Shown here piece by piece: positions 1 through 10,986 of a DNA stretch of 64,000 nt. Source of the DNA: Azoarcus sp. (lineage in GTDB: Bacteria > Pseudomonadota > Gammaproteobacteria > Burkholderiales > Rhodocyclaceae). The position numbers and the translations under genes were made by a program. Location of the stretch: the NCBI GenBank assembly GCA_030656215.1, contig JAUSOD010000091.1, positions 104,356-168,355 on the forward strand. The letters run 5' to 3'. Each line of letters opens with the position of its first letter. Within the stretch, counting starts at the first letter, position 1. The notes under the pieces are model-generated. The model had not been told where the DNA came from. It searched no databases and worked only from the letters and a program-made list of their open reading frames with translations.

Positions 1-353
1 ACGCCGATCCGGCCACCGGGTGATTGCGCGACGGCAGCCTGCGACCCGGCTTCGATCACGTCGATGACCGGGATGCCAACCGCCCGCTCGGCCACCACCC
101 GGGCTGCGACGGCAGCCATCGTGTTGCAGGCGATGATCAGCATCTTCACGTCCTGCCCAAGCAGGAAATCGGTGATCTGCGCGGTGAAGTGCTCAATGGT
201 CGCGACCGATTTCACCCCGTACGGCACCCGCGCAGTATCGCCGAAATAGACAATGCTCTCGAGCGGCAGGCGCTCCATCAGCGCCCGCACCACGGTCAAG
301 CCGCCCACACCGGAGTCGAACACGCCGATCGGTCGTGCGTTGCGCGCGCTCAT
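1..353 (-). CDS. murI: Glutamate racemase (5' part; runs off the left window edge)
   Basis: Manual translation from ATG at 353: MSARNARPIGVFDSGVGGLTVVRALMERLPLESIVYFGDTARVPYG...IIACNT, i.e. the canonical MurI motifs. Not in the ORF track because the stop is outside the window. Confidence 0.95.
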   Translation of the reverse strand, partial: MSARNARPIGVFDSGVGGLTVVRALMERLPLESIVYFGDTARVPYGVKSVATIEHFTAQITDFLLGQDVKMLIIACNTMAAVAARVVAERAVGIPVIDVIEAGSQAAVAQSPGGRIG

Positions 354-396
354 GCTGCCCCACCAAGGCCTTCAAACGAAGGCGACTTCAACGGCC

Positions 397-1593
397 TCAT
401 TCGAGTACGACCGCGGCAAACTTGCGCTTGCCAACCTGCAGCACCACCGTTTCGCCGGCGGCCAGCAGCAGCCCCTTGTCCTCGACCCGTTCGCCGTTCA
501 ACCTGACCGCGCCCTGCTCGATCATGCGCATGGCCTCGGAGGTCGTTCCGGTCAGTCCAGCCTGTTTCACCACCTGAAAAACGGGCAGACCAGCGCCCAC
601 AGCTACCCTTACCTCAGGCAGGTCTTCCGGGATCGCATTGCGCTGAAAGCGTGCCTCGAAGTCGGCCAGCGCCTCCTCGGCCGCCTGCCGCCCATGGAAG
701 CGGGCAACCAGCTCCTGCGCCAGCATCACCTTCACGTCGCGCGGGTTGCGTCCCGCCTCGACGCCTGCGCGCAGCTCTGCAATCTCGGCCGACGAACGGA
801 AGGACAGCAGGTCGAAGTAGCGCCACATCAGGATGTCGGACACCGACATGGTCTTGCCGAAAATCTCCTTCGGCACCTCGGCGATGCCGATGTAGTTACC
901 CAGCGACTTGGACATCTTGTTCACGCCGTCCAGCCCTTCGAGCAGCGGCATCATCACCACGCACTGTGGAGCCTGGCCGTAGTGCTTCTGCAGCTCACGC
1001 CCCATCAGCAGATTGAAGCGCTGGTCAGTACCGCCGAGTTCGACGTCGGCCTTCATGGCCACCGAGTCGTAGCCCTGGCACAGCGGGTACAGAAACTCGT
1101 GAATCGCAATCGACTGATTGTTGGTATAGCGCTTGGAAAAGTCTTCGCGCTCGAGCATGCGCGCAACCGTCTGCTGTGCCGCGAGCCGGATCATTCCGGC
1201 CGCGCCAAGACCCTCCATCCACGCCGAGTTGAAGCAGATTTCGGTTCTTTCGGGGTCGAGAATCTTGAACACCTGCTCCTGATAGGTTTTCGCGTTGTCC
1301 ATGATCTGCTCGCGCGACAGGGGCGGGCGAGTGCTGTTCTTGCCACTGGGGTCGCCGATCATGCCGGTGAAGTCACCGATCAGAAACATCACCTGATGGC
1401 CCAGTTCCTGAAAATGGCGCAGCTTGTTGATCAGCACCGTATGCCCCAGATGCAGATCGGGCGCGGTCGGATCGAAACCGGCCTTGATCCGCAACGGACG
1501 CCCGCTCTTGAGCTTCTCGATCAGTTCGGCCTCGATCAACAACTCGTCGGTACCACGCTTGATCAACTCGATCGCGGCCTGCACTTCACACAT
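397..1593 (-). CDS. tyrS: Tyrosyl-tRNA synthetase
   Basis: [13 protein letters not shown] (HIGH), [16 protein letters not shown]-terminal S4-like domain. Confidence 0.97.
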   Translation of the reverse strand: MCEVQAAIELIKRGTDELLIEAELIEKLKSGRPLRIKAGFDPTAPDLHLGHTVLINKLRHFQELGHQVMFLIGDFTGMIGDPSGKNSTRPPLSREQIMDNAKTYQEQVFKILDPERTEICFNSAWMEGLGAAGMIRLAAQQTVARMLEREDFSKRYTNNQSIAIHEFLYPLCQGYDSVAMKADVELGGTDQRFNLLMGRELQKHYGQAPQCVVMMPLLEGLDGVNKMSKSLGNYIGIAEVPKEIFGKTMSVSDILMWRYFDLLSFRSSAEIAELRAGVEAGRNPRDVKVMLAQELVARFHGRQAAEEALADFEARFQRNAIPEDLPEVRVAVGAGLPVFQVVKQAGLTGTTSEAMRMIEQGAVRLNGERVEDKGLLLAAGETVVLQVGKRKFAAVVLE

Positions 1594-1673
1594 TACATTT
1601 CTCCAATCACTTGTTCACCGGCCGACGTTAAATATTTGCTAGACTCGCAAAAGTTTTTTGCCCAGGCCAAACC

Positions 1674-3014
1674 ATGCAGGTCAGACAAACCAAGATTCTA
1701 GCCGAACTGCCGTCCCTGCTCGTCAGCCGCAAGCGTCCGTGGCTAATCGCCGGCATTTCGGCGATCTCCTTGTTCGGCGTCGTTGCAGCAACCGCCGTCG
1801 TCCCGCAGGCCTCGCCCGCAGCACCATTCAGCGCACGGCCGGTGATCGAAACGCTGGCGATGACACCGATCAGCGTCGACGCACCGAGCGAGCTTCCCTT
1901 TGTACACGACGACCGCATCCTGCCCGGCGACACCCTGCCTGCCATCTTTCGTCGCCTTGGAATCAACGACCCCGATGCACTCGCTTTCATCCAGAGCGAT
2001 GCCGAAGGATCGCAGGCACTGCGTCAGATGCGCGCAGGTCGTTCGATCACTGCAATGATCAGCAGTGAGGGCAAGCTCGTTTCGCTGAGCCTGCCACTGG
2101 TTCAGGGTGGCAACCGCTTCACGATCGAGCGCGAGGAGGAGTCACAGACTTTCCGCGTACGAACGCAGGAAACGGCGGCGCTCGAGACGGTCGTCGAGAT
2201 GCGTACCGGCACGATACGCCACTCACTTTTCGGCGCCACTGACGCCGTCGGCCTCCCGGACAACATTGCCACCAAACTCGCAGAGTTGTTCGGCACCGAA
2301 ATCGACTTCCACACCGACCTGCGCAAAGGCGACACCTTCAGCGTGGTCTACGAAACCGTTTATGACCAGGGGTCGGTGGTTCGTACCGGTCGTGTGCTGG
2401 CAGCAGAGTTCGTCAACCAGGGCAAACGCGCTGTCGTCGTGCTGCACGAAGGCCCCGGCGGCAAGGAACAATACTACTCCGGCGACGGGCGCAGCCTGCG
2501 CCAGGCCTTCCTGCGTTCGCCGCTCGAGTTCTCGCGCGTCACCTCGGGCTTTGGCCGTCGCCTGCATCCGATTCACAAAAGTTGGCGCAGCCATAACGGG
2601 GTCGATTTCGCCGCACCAACGGGCACGCCGATCAAGGCCACATCGGACGGCGTGGTGACTTTTGTCGGTACTCAGGGCGGTTATGGCAACATCGTCATTC
2701 TTCGGCACCGCGGCAAGCTCACTACTGCCTATGCGCACCTGAACGGCTTTGCCCGCAACATCAAGCAGGGAATGTCTGTCGATCAGGGTGAGGTGATCGG
2801 CTACGTTGGCTCCACCGGGTGGGCAACCGGCCCCCACCTGCACTATGAAGTTCGAGTGGACAACGTTGCACAAGACCCGCTCCGTATCGCATTGCCCATG
2901 GCGAACACGCTCGAAGGCAAGGAGCTCGCTCAGTTCAGGAAAAACGCCGCACCGCTGCTGCAGCGCATCGCCCTGATGAATTACAGCACCACCAACACCT
3001 TGGCCAGCCGCTGA
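1674..3014 (+). CDS. M23 family peptidoglycan DD-endopeptidase (MepM-like) with N-terminal membrane anchor
   Basis: HNGVDFAAPTG, YAHL and TGPHLHYEV zinc motifs; divergent from tyrS as usual in betaproteobacteria. Confidence 0.92.
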   Translation: MQVRQTKILAELPSLLVSRKRPWLIAGISAISLFGVVAATAVVPQASPAAPFSARPVIETLAMTPISVDAPSELPFVHDDRILPGDTLPAIFRRLGINDPDALAFIQSDAEGSQALRQMRAGRSITAMISSEGKLVSLSLPLVQGGNRFTIEREEESQTFRVRTQETAALETVVEMRTGTIRHSLFGATDAVGLPDNIATKLAELFGTEIDFHTDLRKGDTFSVVYETVYDQGSVVRTGRVLAAEFVNQGKRAVVVLHEGPGGKEQYYSGDGRSLRQAFLRSPLEFSRVTSGFGRRLHPIHKSWRSHNGVDFAAPTGTPIKATSDGVVTFVGTQGGYGNIVILRHRGKLTTAYAHLNGFARNIKQGMSVDQGEVIGYVGSTGWATGPHLHYEVRVDNVAQDPLRIALPMANTLEGKELAQFRKNAAPLLQRIALMNYSTTNTLASR

Positions 3015-3052
3015 TCCTTGGCGAGCACTTTCGTCGGTCTCGGCAGGACTTC

Positions 3053-3094
3053 AGGAATTGAAACGGGGCGCCAAGGCGCCCCGTTTCAATTCCT
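3053..3094. terminator. Perfect 20-bp inverted repeat, bidirectional terminator between the M23 gene and erpA
   Basis: AGGAATTGAAACGGGGCGCC-AA-GGCGCCCCGTTTCAATTCCT between convergent stops. Confidence 0.8.
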
Positions 3095-3108
3095 TCACCC
3101 GCCCTATA

Positions 3109-3459
3109 TCAGGCCGAGAATGAAGATCCACAGCCGCAGGTGCTCGTGGCATTCGGGTTGCGAATGACGAACTGCGAGCCCTCCAGTCCTTCGGAGTAAT
3201 CGATCTCTGCGCCCACCAGATACTGGTAGCTCATCGGATCAACCAGCAAGGTCACGCCGTTTTTCTCAAAAGCGGTATCGTCTTCATTCACTTCCTCGTC
3301 GAAAGTGAAACCGTACTGAAAACCGGAACAACCACCACCACTGACAAACACACGCAATTTGAGGGATGGATTACCCTCCTCCTCAATCAGCTCGCGAACC
3401 TTGCCTGCTGCACTGTCGGTGAATACAAGAATCTCTGGGGTTTCAACTTCAGCGTTCAT
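3109..3459 (-). CDS. erpA: Iron-sulfur cluster insertion protein ErpA
   Basis: [11 protein letters not shown] and TCGCGSSF motifs, 116 aa. Confidence 0.95.
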   Translation of the reverse strand: MNAEVETPEILVFTDSAAGKVRELIEEEGNPSLKLRVFVSGGGCSGFQYGFTFDEEVNEDDTAFEKNGVTLLVDPMSYQYLVGAEIDYSEGLEGSQFVIRNPNATSTCGCGSSFSA

Positions 3460-3574
3460 ATTATCTCCTCTGTCGGGGGTATAAGCGGATGATGCGCCAT
3501 CTGCCCCAATGCGTCAAAATCAGATCGTGGTCTATCGTACAAGTTCCCTCGGGATGGTACGTCGGGGCGGTACG

Positions 3575-4606
3575 TCAGGGACTGAGCGGAACGATGTCGA
3601 TACCCAGCTGCTCATCCAGTCCGAACATGATGTTCATGTTCTGTACCGCTTGACCAGCGGCACCCTTGACCAGGTTATCAATCACCGACAGCACCACCAC
3701 CGTATCACCGCCCTGCGGCCGATGAACCGCAATCCGGCACAGATTTGACCCGCGCACGGAACGGGTTTCCGGATGGCTGCCCGCAGGCATCACGTCAACG
3801 AATGCCTCTCCGGCAAAGCGTTCCTCGTAAAGGGACTGCAGGTCGAGCTCACGCGTGAGACGTGCGTAGAGCGTGGCATGAATACCACGGATCATCGGCG
3901 TCAGGTGCGGCACGAAGGTCAGCCCCACGGTCTGCCCACTCGCCATCCCCGACAATCCCTGGCGAATCTCCGGCAAGTGACGATGCCCGCCCACACCGTA
4001 GGCTTTAAAGCTGTCGGCCGCCTCGGAGAACAGCGCCCCCACCTCGGCCTTGCGCCCCGCCCCGGACACACCCGATTTCGCATCGGCCACAAGGTGACCA
4101 AGCTCAACGGCCCCGGACTCGATCAGCGGCAGGAAGCCCAACTGTACCGCGGTCGGATAGCACCCTGGATTGGCAAGCACCCGCGCCGTGCGGATCTGCG
4201 CCCGATTCACCTCCGGAAGGCCATAGACAGCCTCGGCAACGAGCTCGGGAGCGGCATGGGTCATCCCGTACCACTTCTCCCACTCGGCGATGTCACGGAT
4301 CCGAAAATCCGCTGCAAGATCGATGACCCTGACACCAGCGGCAACCAGCTCGGCAGCCTGCTTCATCGCGATGCCATTGGGCGTCGCGAAAAACACCACA
4401 TCACACTGCTCGAGTCCTGCATCCTGAGGCGTCACGAACTTGAGCTCGACCCTGCGGCGCAGACTCGGAAACATGTCGGCAACCGGCATCCCAGCTTCAC
4501 CGCGCGACGTGATAGCCCGGAGCTGTACGCCCGGATGGCATGACAGCAGGCGCAACAACTCCACACCGGTATATCCGGTTCCGCCAACAACTCCAACCTT
4601 GATCAT
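3575..4606 (-). CDS. argC: N-acetyl-gamma-glutamyl-phosphate reductase
   Basis: [37 protein letters not shown]. Confidence 0.97.
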   Translation of the reverse strand: MIKVGVVGGTGYTGVELLRLLSCHPGVQLRAITSRGEAGMPVADMFPSLRRRVELKFVTPQDAGLEQCDVVFFATPNGIAMKQAAELVAAGVRVIDLAADFRIRDIAEWEKWYGMTHAAPELVAEAVYGLPEVNRAQIRTARVLANPGCYPTAVQLGFLPLIESGAVELGHLVADAKSGVSGAGRKAEVGALFSEAADSFKAYGVGGHRHLPEIRQGLSGMASGQTVGLTFVPHLTPMIRGIHATLYARLTRELDLQSLYEERFAGEAFVDVMPAGSHPETRSVRGSNLCRIAVHRPQGGDTVVVLSVIDNLVKGAAGQAVQNMNIMFGLDEQLGIDIVPLSP

Positions 4607-4691
4607 CTCTTCTCCTTACCCATCCGGTGATCGAGCGCCAGATTATCTCACTGGCGGATTTCACCACGCCACGATGACAAGCACACAAGCG

Positions 4692-4721
4692 CAAAAAGCC
4701 GCCCTAAGGGACGGCTTTTTG
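4692..4721 (-). terminator. Intrinsic terminator of rplM-rpsI
   Basis: CAAAAAGCCG-CCCTAAGGG-A-CGGCTTTTTG hairpin with A and T tails, about 20 bp after the rpsI stop. Confidence 0.8.
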
Positions 4722-4739
4722 TACAGGCCACAAACGCGA

Positions 4740-5132
4740 TTAGCGCTTGGAGAACTGCTTTGCGCGACGCGCCTTGCGCAGACCAACCTTCTTCCGCTCG
4801 ACTTCGCGTGCATCGCGAGTGACGAAACCCGCCGTGCGCAGCTCAGGCTTCAGATCTTCGCTGTAGTCGATCAGGGCACGGGTGATGCCATGACGAACTG
4901 CACCGGCCTGACCGGATTCGCCACCACCGATCACGTTCACCATGATGTCGAAGCGAGCTTCGTTACCGGTGAGCACCAGCGGCTGACGAACGATCATGCG
5001 CCCGGTTTCACGAGAAAAGAACTCGTCGACCGGCTTGCCGTTAACGACGATGTTACCCGTGCCCGGCTTCATGAATACACGAGCCACCGCAGTCTTGCGG
5101 CGGCCAGTACCGTAGTTGTAAGTCACAGCCAT
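4740..5132 (-). CDS. rpsI: 30S ribosomal protein S9
   Basis: [19 protein letters not shown]...RRAKQFSKR; start moved to the ATG at 5132. Confidence 0.98.
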   Translation of the reverse strand: MAVTYNYGTGRRKTAVARVFMKPGTGNIVVNGKPVDEFFSRETGRMIVRQPLVLTGNEARFDIMVNVIGGGESGQAGAVRHGITRALIDYSEDLKPELRTAGFVTRDAREVERKKVGLRKARRAKQFSKR

Positions 5133-5143
5133 ATATGGCTCCT

Positions 5144-5572
5144 TCAGATCTCGAGAACTTTCGGCTGCTGGGCGGCATGCGGGTGCTCGGCACCGGCGTA
5201 GCACTTCAGCTTCTTAATCATGGCGTAGCCCAACGGACCCTTGGGCAGCATGCCCTTCACCGCTTTTTCCAGCACGCGTTCGGGGAAGCGTTGCTGAAGC
5301 TTGGTGAAATTGGTCTCGGAAATACCGCCAGGGTAACCGGAGTGGCTATAGTACTTCTTGTCCAGCGCCTTGTTGCCGGTTACGCGCAGCTTTTCGACGT
5401 TGACCACAACAATGTAGTCGCCGGTATCGACGTGCTGCGTGTAAATGGTCTTGTGCTTGCCACGCAGGCGGCGGGCCACTTCGGAGGCCAGACGGCCAAG
5501 CACCTTGTCCGTGCCGTCGACAACGAACCAGTCGCGCTGTACTTCGTGCGGCTTGGCAGAAAACGTTTTCAT
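5144..5572 (-). CDS. rplM: 50S ribosomal protein L13
   Basis: [19 protein letters not shown]...HVDTGDY...[12 protein letters not shown]; start moved to the ATG at 5572. Confidence 0.98.
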   Translation of the reverse strand: MKTFSAKPHEVQRDWFVVDGTDKVLGRLASEVARRLRGKHKTIYTQHVDTGDYIVVVNVEKLRVTGNKALDKKYYSHSGYPGGISETNFTKLQQRFPERVLEKAVKGMLPKGPLGYAMIKKLKCYAGAEHPHAAQQPKVLEI

Positions 5573-5630
5573 TTGAAACCTCGATCTTGTCGGGCCTGGC
5601 GTGCCGGCCACCAAACGGAAAGCTCGAAAT

Positions 5631-5658
5631 CTTATAGCCTTCCACACCCGTGTGTCAA
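5631..5658 (-). promoter_or_regulatory. Sigma70 promoter of rplM-rpsI
   Basis: Minus strand TTGACA-N16-TATAAG, about 60 bp upstream of rplM. Confidence 0.7.
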
Positions 5659-5721
5659 TGCGCACATGCGAAAGAATCTGAAGACCGCAAGCACGGCGAT
5701 GTGCCGGCAAGGAATTCAGGC

Positions 5722-5833
5722 AAAAAAAACGCAGTCCTTGTGGGACTGCGTTAAATCCACACCAAAGGAGGAGGGTGGAGGAGACACTGCTTGGATCACC
5801 GACTGCTTTCGCAGCACGTTTCTGATCCGACTG
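5722..5833 (-). ncRNA. Small RNA with anti-Shine-Dalgarno CUCCUCC tracts (resembles the betaproteobacterial 'toxic sRNA' family)
   Basis: Minus strand contains UGUCUCCUCCACCCUCCUCCUUUGGUGUGGAUUUAA, then the terminator AACGCAGUCC-CACAA-GGACUGCGUU and a U-run. The 5' part folds (GGAUCA/UGAUCC, CUGC-GAAA-GCAG). 5' end estimated from the promoter. Confidence 0.75.
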
Positions 5834-5839
5834 AGGCTG

Positions 5840-5868
5840 ATTATCCACAAAGCACCCAGACGGATCAA
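5840..5868 (-). promoter_or_regulatory. Predicted sigma70 promoter of the sRNA, overlapped by a consensus DnaA box (TTATCCACA, 5841-5849)
   Basis: Minus strand TTGATC-N17-GATAAT; an IHF-like AATCAGCAACTTG lies on the minus strand at 5932-5944 in an AT-rich tract. Confidence 0.55.
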
Positions 5869-6145
5869 GCATTATTTGTGCATCGCACTACAAATGTTCT
5901 GATTAGTCAATAAGTGTGCTTTATATTACTTCAAGTTGCTGATTAATAATAAGTTTTCTTGTAAATTTTACCATGGTTGCACCCGCATCCAAGAGCCGCA
6001 AACTCCACCTGCGAATTATTATGCTGCGCCGCAGCATTTCTTGGCACCCCCACCCCTCCGCACACTTGTCAGCTTGGGTAGAATCGCGCACTGAGAACGC
6101 ACACCGATACTGATGCGCCCGCTCTTGAACAGGAGAAGATCAAGC

Positions 6146-6565
6146 ATGGAATGCACCATCAAATGGGTCGACGGAATGACCTTCATGGCCGAGACCGGTA
6201 GCGGCCACCTGATCACCATGGATGGCGCACCGGAAGCCGGCGGCCGCAACCTTGCGCCGCGACCAATGGAGATGATGCTGGCAGGCGCAGGAGGATGCAC
6301 CGCCTTCGAGGTGGTGCTGATACTCAAGCGCAGACGCCAGGACGTACGCGACTGCTCGGTAAGACTTGAGGCCGATCGCGCCGACACGGACCCCAAAGTG
6401 TTCACCCGCATCCGGTTTCACTACACCATCACCGGCAAGAACCTCAAGCCGGAATCGGTCGAACGGGCCATACACCTATCAGCGGAAAAGTACTGCTCGG
6501 CCTCGATCATGCTCGCCAAGACCGCCGAAATCATCCACGAATGGAGCATCGTCGAGCTTGAGTAG
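6146..6565 (+). CDS. OsmC family protein (YhfA-like)
   Basis: MDGAPEAGGRNLAPRPMEMMLAGAGGC and SAEKYCSAS; start moved to the ATG at 6146 (AGGAGA upstream). Confidence 0.9.
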   Translation: MECTIKWVDGMTFMAETGSGHLITMDGAPEAGGRNLAPRPMEMMLAGAGGCTAFEVVLILKRRRQDVRDCSVRLEADRADTDPKVFTRIRFHYTITGKNLKPESVERAIHLSAEKYCSASIMLAKTAEIIHEWSIVELE

Positions 6566-6612
6566 CGCTCGATGGTCCCCGCCCTGCAGACCCGTCAGCA
6601 GGGACTAGGAAT

Positions 6613-7236
6613 TCAGATGCGATAGACCGTCTTCGTCATGACGCTCGAGAACAGTTTCATCACCGCCTTGACCGGGGCCGGAAGCTCATCCGCCCCCAGT
6701 CGTACGGCCGTTTCGGCGTGACTGATCTCGTCGGCTTTCATCTGCTCGACGATCGCACGCGACTTTCGATCCTCGGGCGGCAAGCTTTCAAGGTGACCGT
6801 GGAGGTGTGCTTCGACCTGACGCTCGGTTTCAGCAAGAAATCCGAGATTTACGCGGTCGCCGAACTTTCCGGCCACCATGCCAACAATCAGGGAACTCCC
6901 ATACCACAGCGGGTTCAGCAGACTCTTGCGCCCGCCGAGTTCGGCAATGCGCTGCTCGGTCCACGCCAGATGCTCGGTCTCCTCCTGCGAAGCACGCTCG
7001 AGCGCCTTGCGGATCGAGTCGTCTTTCGACATCAGCGCCTGGCCCTGATAAAGCGCCTGGGCACAAATTTCCCCGCAATGATTGACTCGCATCAGCGCGG
7101 ATGCATGCCTTTTTTGCGCATCATCGAGCGGAGCATCGGGCAAATCATCGCCCGGCACCGGACGTACCGAGCGCGCCGGCGCAAACACCGTGCGTAGCGC
7201 CCTGTCGAACTGCATGATGGCCTGATCTAGCATCAT
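6613..7236 (-). CDS. coq7: Demethoxyubiquinone hydroxylase Coq7 (di-iron)
   Basis: [41 protein letters not shown]. Confidence 0.93.
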   Translation of the reverse strand: MMLDQAIMQFDRALRTVFAPARSVRPVPGDDLPDAPLDDAQKRHASALMRVNHCGEICAQALYQGQALMSKDDSIRKALERASQEETEHLAWTEQRIAELGGRKSLLNPLWYGSSLIVGMVAGKFGDRVNLGFLAETERQVEAHLHGHLESLPPEDRKSRAIVEQMKADEISHAETAVRLGADELPAPVKAVMKLFSSVMTKTVYRI

Positions 7237-7751
7237 CTCCCTCCCCGCGCTGGATCCAAAAAATCACTGACGCCGTCAAGACGGCGAAGCACTTCGTCCC
7301 GATCGCGCGGCGGCGCCGGACCGTCACAGAAAAGATCCTTTGCCAGGGCCGCGCGCGGCCGGTTGTAGGAATTATCCACGATCGGGCTCCAGGCGCTGTT
7401 CTTCATCGCCACCCAGGATCCATCCTTGCGACCACCGGCATAGATCCGCCTCTCGCCAGTCCCGCACCGGATGCCCTCGAAGGTCACGTTCTCCGCACCA
7501 CCCCTGGTACGAATCACGAGCACGTAGCGCACCACGCCATCGCCGCCGATCGTGAACGATGCAGCATCAATCAGGAAGGTGTTGGGCGACGCTGCGCTGA
7601 CAAAGAACGGCCTCAAGGTCTTGTCGCTGGGCGCTGCGGGCAACACGTACTCGCCCTCGCTCCAGTCAGGATCAGCGTCGACCAGCAAGCCGGCAGACGC
7701 CGAGGCACACATGAGGATCGGCAAGGCCAGCACGACCCCGCAACGTCGCAC
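7233..7751 (-). CDS. CNP1-like family exported protein
   Basis: Signal peptide; [10 protein letters not shown]...[10 protein letters not shown]...FC; GTG start at 7751 chosen. Confidence 0.75.
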   Translation of the reverse strand: MRRCGVVLALPILMCASASAGLLVDADPDWSEGEYVLPAAPSDKTLRPFFVSAASPNTFLIDAASFTIGGDGVVRYVLVIRTRGGAENVTFEGIRCGTGERRIYAGGRKDGSWVAMKNSAWSPIVDNSYNRPRAALAKDLFCDGPAPPRDRDEVLRRLDGVSDFLDPARGGR

Positions 7752-7838
7752 AAACGGCGCAATCAAGAAATTCTCTCCACGCGGGATGCATTCAACCCGC
7801 AACTGATAAAGGTTTCGGACACAAACACACCCGATACA

Positions 7839-8366
7839 TCACACGGGAGGTGGTGTCTCGGGACGATAGGCGTCCGGCAGCTCAAATGGCCGGGCACGGA
7901 ACAACACTCTGGACAACTCTGCAAGCGCCAGTTGATAGACCTGACGCTTGAACTCGATGACAGCATCGAGCGGAACCCAGTAATCGCTCCAACGCCAGGC
8001 GTCGAACTCCGGGTGGTTACTGGCGCGCAGACATACATCCGAGTCGCGCCCGACCAATCGCAGCAGAAACCAGATCTGTTTCTGCCCACGATAGGTGTTG
8101 CGCCATTCCCGCTTTATCCAGTGCTTGGGAACGTCATAGCGCAACCAGCCGCGTGTGCGGCCGAGGATCTTGACGTGTTCGGGACGCAAACCGACTTCCT
8201 CGAACAGTTCCCGGTACATGGCCTGCTCCGGCGTTTCGCCGTGCTTGATGCCACCTTGAGGGAACTGCCAGGAATGCTCACGGATCCGCTTGCCCCAGAA
8301 CACTTCATTTCGCGGGTTAACAAGGATGATGCCGACGTTCGGGCGGTAGCCTTCACGATCGAGCAT
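7839..8366 (-). CDS. rppH: RNA pyrophosphohydrolase RppH
   Basis: [20 protein letters not shown], Nudix box [17 protein letters not shown]. Confidence 0.96.
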   Translation of the reverse strand: MLDREGYRPNVGIILVNPRNEVFWGKRIREHSWQFPQGGIKHGETPEQAMYRELFEEVGLRPEHVKILGRTRGWLRYDVPKHWIKREWRNTYRGQKQIWFLLRLVGRDSDVCLRASNHPEFDAWRWSDYWVPLDAVIEFKRQVYQLALAELSRVLFRARPFELPDAYRPETPPPV

Positions 8367-8536
8367 GATCAAACCTTAATATTCGCTTGGTTGTGACAGA
8401 TTTTTTCACACTTGAGACCACTTTGAAAGCTCGCTTCGCAAGCGGTTCCCATGCAGCGGCAAATGGGTGCTCATCACCGCGGTGACCGCATACGCTAGAA
8501 TCGCACGATTCGACAAACCAATCCGACCACATCTCC

Positions 8537-10282
8537 ATGCGCGCCAGCCAGTTTCACCTGTTTACCCTCAAGGAAGCTCCCTCCGACGCCGAAGTCGTCA
8601 GCCAGCAGTTGATGCTGCGTGCCGGCATGATCCGCAAGGTTGCCGCAGGCATCTACAACTACATGCCGATGGGCCTGCGCTCGATCCGCAAGGTCGAGGC
8701 CATCATCCGTGACGAACTCGATCGCGCCGGCGCCATGGAGCTGGTGATGCCGTTGGTACAGCCGGCCGAGCTGTGGCAGGAGACCGGGCGCTGGGACAAG
8801 ATGGGGCCGGAGATGCTGCGACTCAAGGATCGTCACGATCGCGACTTCGCACTGCAACCGACCTCCGAGGAGGTGGTGACCGATATCGCCCGCCAGGAGC
8901 TCAAGAGCTATCGCCAGTTGCCAAAGAACTTCTACCAGATCCAGACCAAGTTCCGCGACGAGCGCCGGCCGCGCTTCGGTGTGATGCGCGGGCGCGAGTT
9001 CCTGATGAAGGACGGCTACTCCTTCGACCGTGACGTCGAGGCGGCAGGCCGCAGCTACGAGAAAATGTACGCTGCCTATGGCCGCATTTTCGATCGTATC
9101 GGCCTGGAGTATCGCGCGGTGGCAGCAGACACCGGTGCAATCGGTGGCGATCGCTCGCACGAGTTCCAGGTTATCGCCGATACCGGCGAGGACGCGATCG
9201 TCTACTGCCCGGACTCCGACTACGCTGCCAACATCGAGCTGGCCGAGGCAGTTGCACTACTGACCGGGCGTGCCACTGCCGGACGCGCACTCGAAAAGAC
9301 CCCGACCCCGGGTAAGTCCACCTGCGGTGATGTTGCCGAACTCCTCGGGGTGGCGCTGCAGACCACAGTGAAGTCGCTCGTACTGGCCAGCGAAGAGGTC
9401 GATGAGACCGGCAAGGTGCTCAAGACTACGATCTGCTTGCTGCTGGTGCGCGGCGACCACGACCTCAACGAGGTCAAGGCGGGCAAGATCGAGGGCCTCA
9501 AGGCCGGATTCCGCTTCGCGACCGAAACCGAAATCATCGAGCACTTCGGCTGCAAGCCTGGCTACCTGGGCCCGATCGGACTCAAGAAGCCGGTTCGGAT
9601 CATCGCCGACCGTACCGTCGCCAACATGGCCGACTTCATCTGCGGCGCCAACGACGAGGGTTTCCATTACACCGGCGCAAATTGGGGCCGCGACCTGCCC
9701 GAGCCCGAGCTCGTCGCCGACATCCGCAACGTGGTCGAGGGCGACCCTTCGCCCGATGGCAAGGGTGTGCTCGCGATCCAGCGCGGCATCGAGGTGGGCC
9801 ATGTGTTCTACCTCGGCAACAAGTATTCGAAGGCGATGAACGCCACCTTCCTCGATATCGATGGCAAGCCCAAGCACTTCGAGATGGGCTGCTACGGTAT
9901 CGGTGTGACCCGCATTCTGGGTGCGGCAATCGAGCAGAACCACGATGCACGCGGGATCATCTGGCCAGCGGCCATCGCGCCCTTCGAGGTCGTGATCTGC
10001 GGGGTGGGCTGGGGCAAGTCGGAAGCGGTGCGCGACGAGGCTGTCCGGCTCTACGACACGCTCAAGGCCGCTGGCGTGGATGTGATACTGGACGACCGCG
10101 ACGAGCGTCCGGGGGTGATGTTTGCCGACTGGGAATTGATCGGCGTTCCGCATCGGGTCACGATCGGCGATCGCGGCCTGAAGGAAGGCGTGGTCGAATA
10201 TCAGGCACGCCGTGAGGGCGAACAGCTCAAGTTTGCACCCGACGCCATCGCGGCTCACATCATTGCCAGCATCCGGGCCTGA
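8537..10282 (+). CDS. proS: Prolyl-tRNA synthetase with editing insertion
   Basis: [40 protein letters not shown]. Confidence 0.98.
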   Translation: MRASQFHLFTLKEAPSDAEVVSQQLMLRAGMIRKVAAGIYNYMPMGLRSIRKVEAIIRDELDRAGAMELVMPLVQPAELWQETGRWDKMGPEMLRLKDRHDRDFALQPTSEEVVTDIARQELKSYRQLPKNFYQIQTKFRDERRPRFGVMRGREFLMKDGYSFDRDVEAAGRSYEKMYAAYGRIFDRIGLEYRAVAADTGAIGGDRSHEFQVIADTGEDAIVYCPDSDYAANIELAEAVALLTGRATAGRALEKTPTPGKSTCGDVAELLGVALQTTVKSLVLASEEVDETGKVLKTTICLLLVRGDHDLNEVKAGKIEGLKAGFRFATETEIIEHFGCKPGYLGPIGLKKPVRIIADRTVANMADFICGANDEGFHYTGANWGRDLPEPELVADIRNVVEGDPSPDGKGVLAIQRGIEVGHVFYLGNKYSKAMNATFLDIDGKPKHFEMGCYGIGVTRILGAAIEQNHDARGIIWPAAIAPFEVVICGVGWGKSEAVRDEAVRLYDTLKAAGVDVILDDRDERPGVMFADWELIGVPHRVTIGDRGLKEGVVEYQARREGEQLKFAPDAIAAHIIASIRA

Positions 10283-10299
10283 ACGGACCCGAAACGGCG

Positions 10300-10953
10300 A
10301 TGACGCACACGAACCCGATCCAGCGCCGCATCCGGATCATCGTGGCGGTGCTGCTTGCCATTGGCAGTACCGCCGCCACGGCCGGCGCACAGCAATACGA
10401 ACCCCTTGCCGCCAGCGTGCGCGCCGCGTTGCATCACGCCGTCAGTGACGCGGCCGCACCCGCACTGCCCATTCCGGATGCAGGCGAGCGTGCTCAGTGG
10501 CTGGGCGACATGTCACGCCGACTGGAGAAGCGCATTCCGGACCCGGCCTACCGCACCGAGTTGCTGACCTCGATCCACTACGAGGCCACGCGCGCCGGAC
10601 TGGATCCGCAACTGGTGCTCGGCCTGATCCAGGTCGAAAGCAACTTCCGCAAATACGCGATATCGTCGGCCGGCGCCCGTGGCTACATGCAGGTCATGCC
10701 CTTCTGGATCAAGGTGATCGGGCGCGAGGATGACAACCTCTTCCACCTCCGGACCAATCTGCGCTACGGCTGCACCATCCTGCGTCACTACCTGGATATC
10801 GAGAAAGGCGACCTGTTCCGCGCACTTGGCCGCTACAACGGCAGTCTGGGCAAGGCCGAATATCCGAACCTGGTGCGGACAGCCTGGGAACGCAACTGGC
10901 CGTGGGCGCCCGCACGCCTCGCCGCAGGCGAGAACGTGTCGAAACCCAACTGA
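10300..10953 (+). CDS. Lytic transglycosylase (SLT domain)
   Basis: LIQVESNF, GARGYMQVMP, ALGRYNG; N-terminal signal segment. Confidence 0.9.
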   Translation: MTHTNPIQRRIRIIVAVLLAIGSTAATAGAQQYEPLAASVRAALHHAVSDAAAPALPIPDAGERAQWLGDMSRRLEKRIPDPAYRTELLTSIHYEATRAGLDPQLVLGLIQVESNFRKYAISSAGARGYMQVMPFWIKVIGREDDNLFHLRTNLRYGCTILRHYLDIEKGDLFRALGRYNGSLGKAEYPNLVRTAWERNWPWAPARLAAGENVSKPN

Positions 10954-10986
10954 AGCCGATCCGAGGGCGAAACCGCCCCCGGGCAC

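Noticed and set aside
253-1701. Long alternative ORFs (e.g. 253-1701 +, 13817-15430 +, 20880-22940 -, 35950-37473 +, 57568-59847 +)
   Set aside because: Antisense or shadow frames of confident genes, an expected artefact of high-GC codon bias; no motifs.
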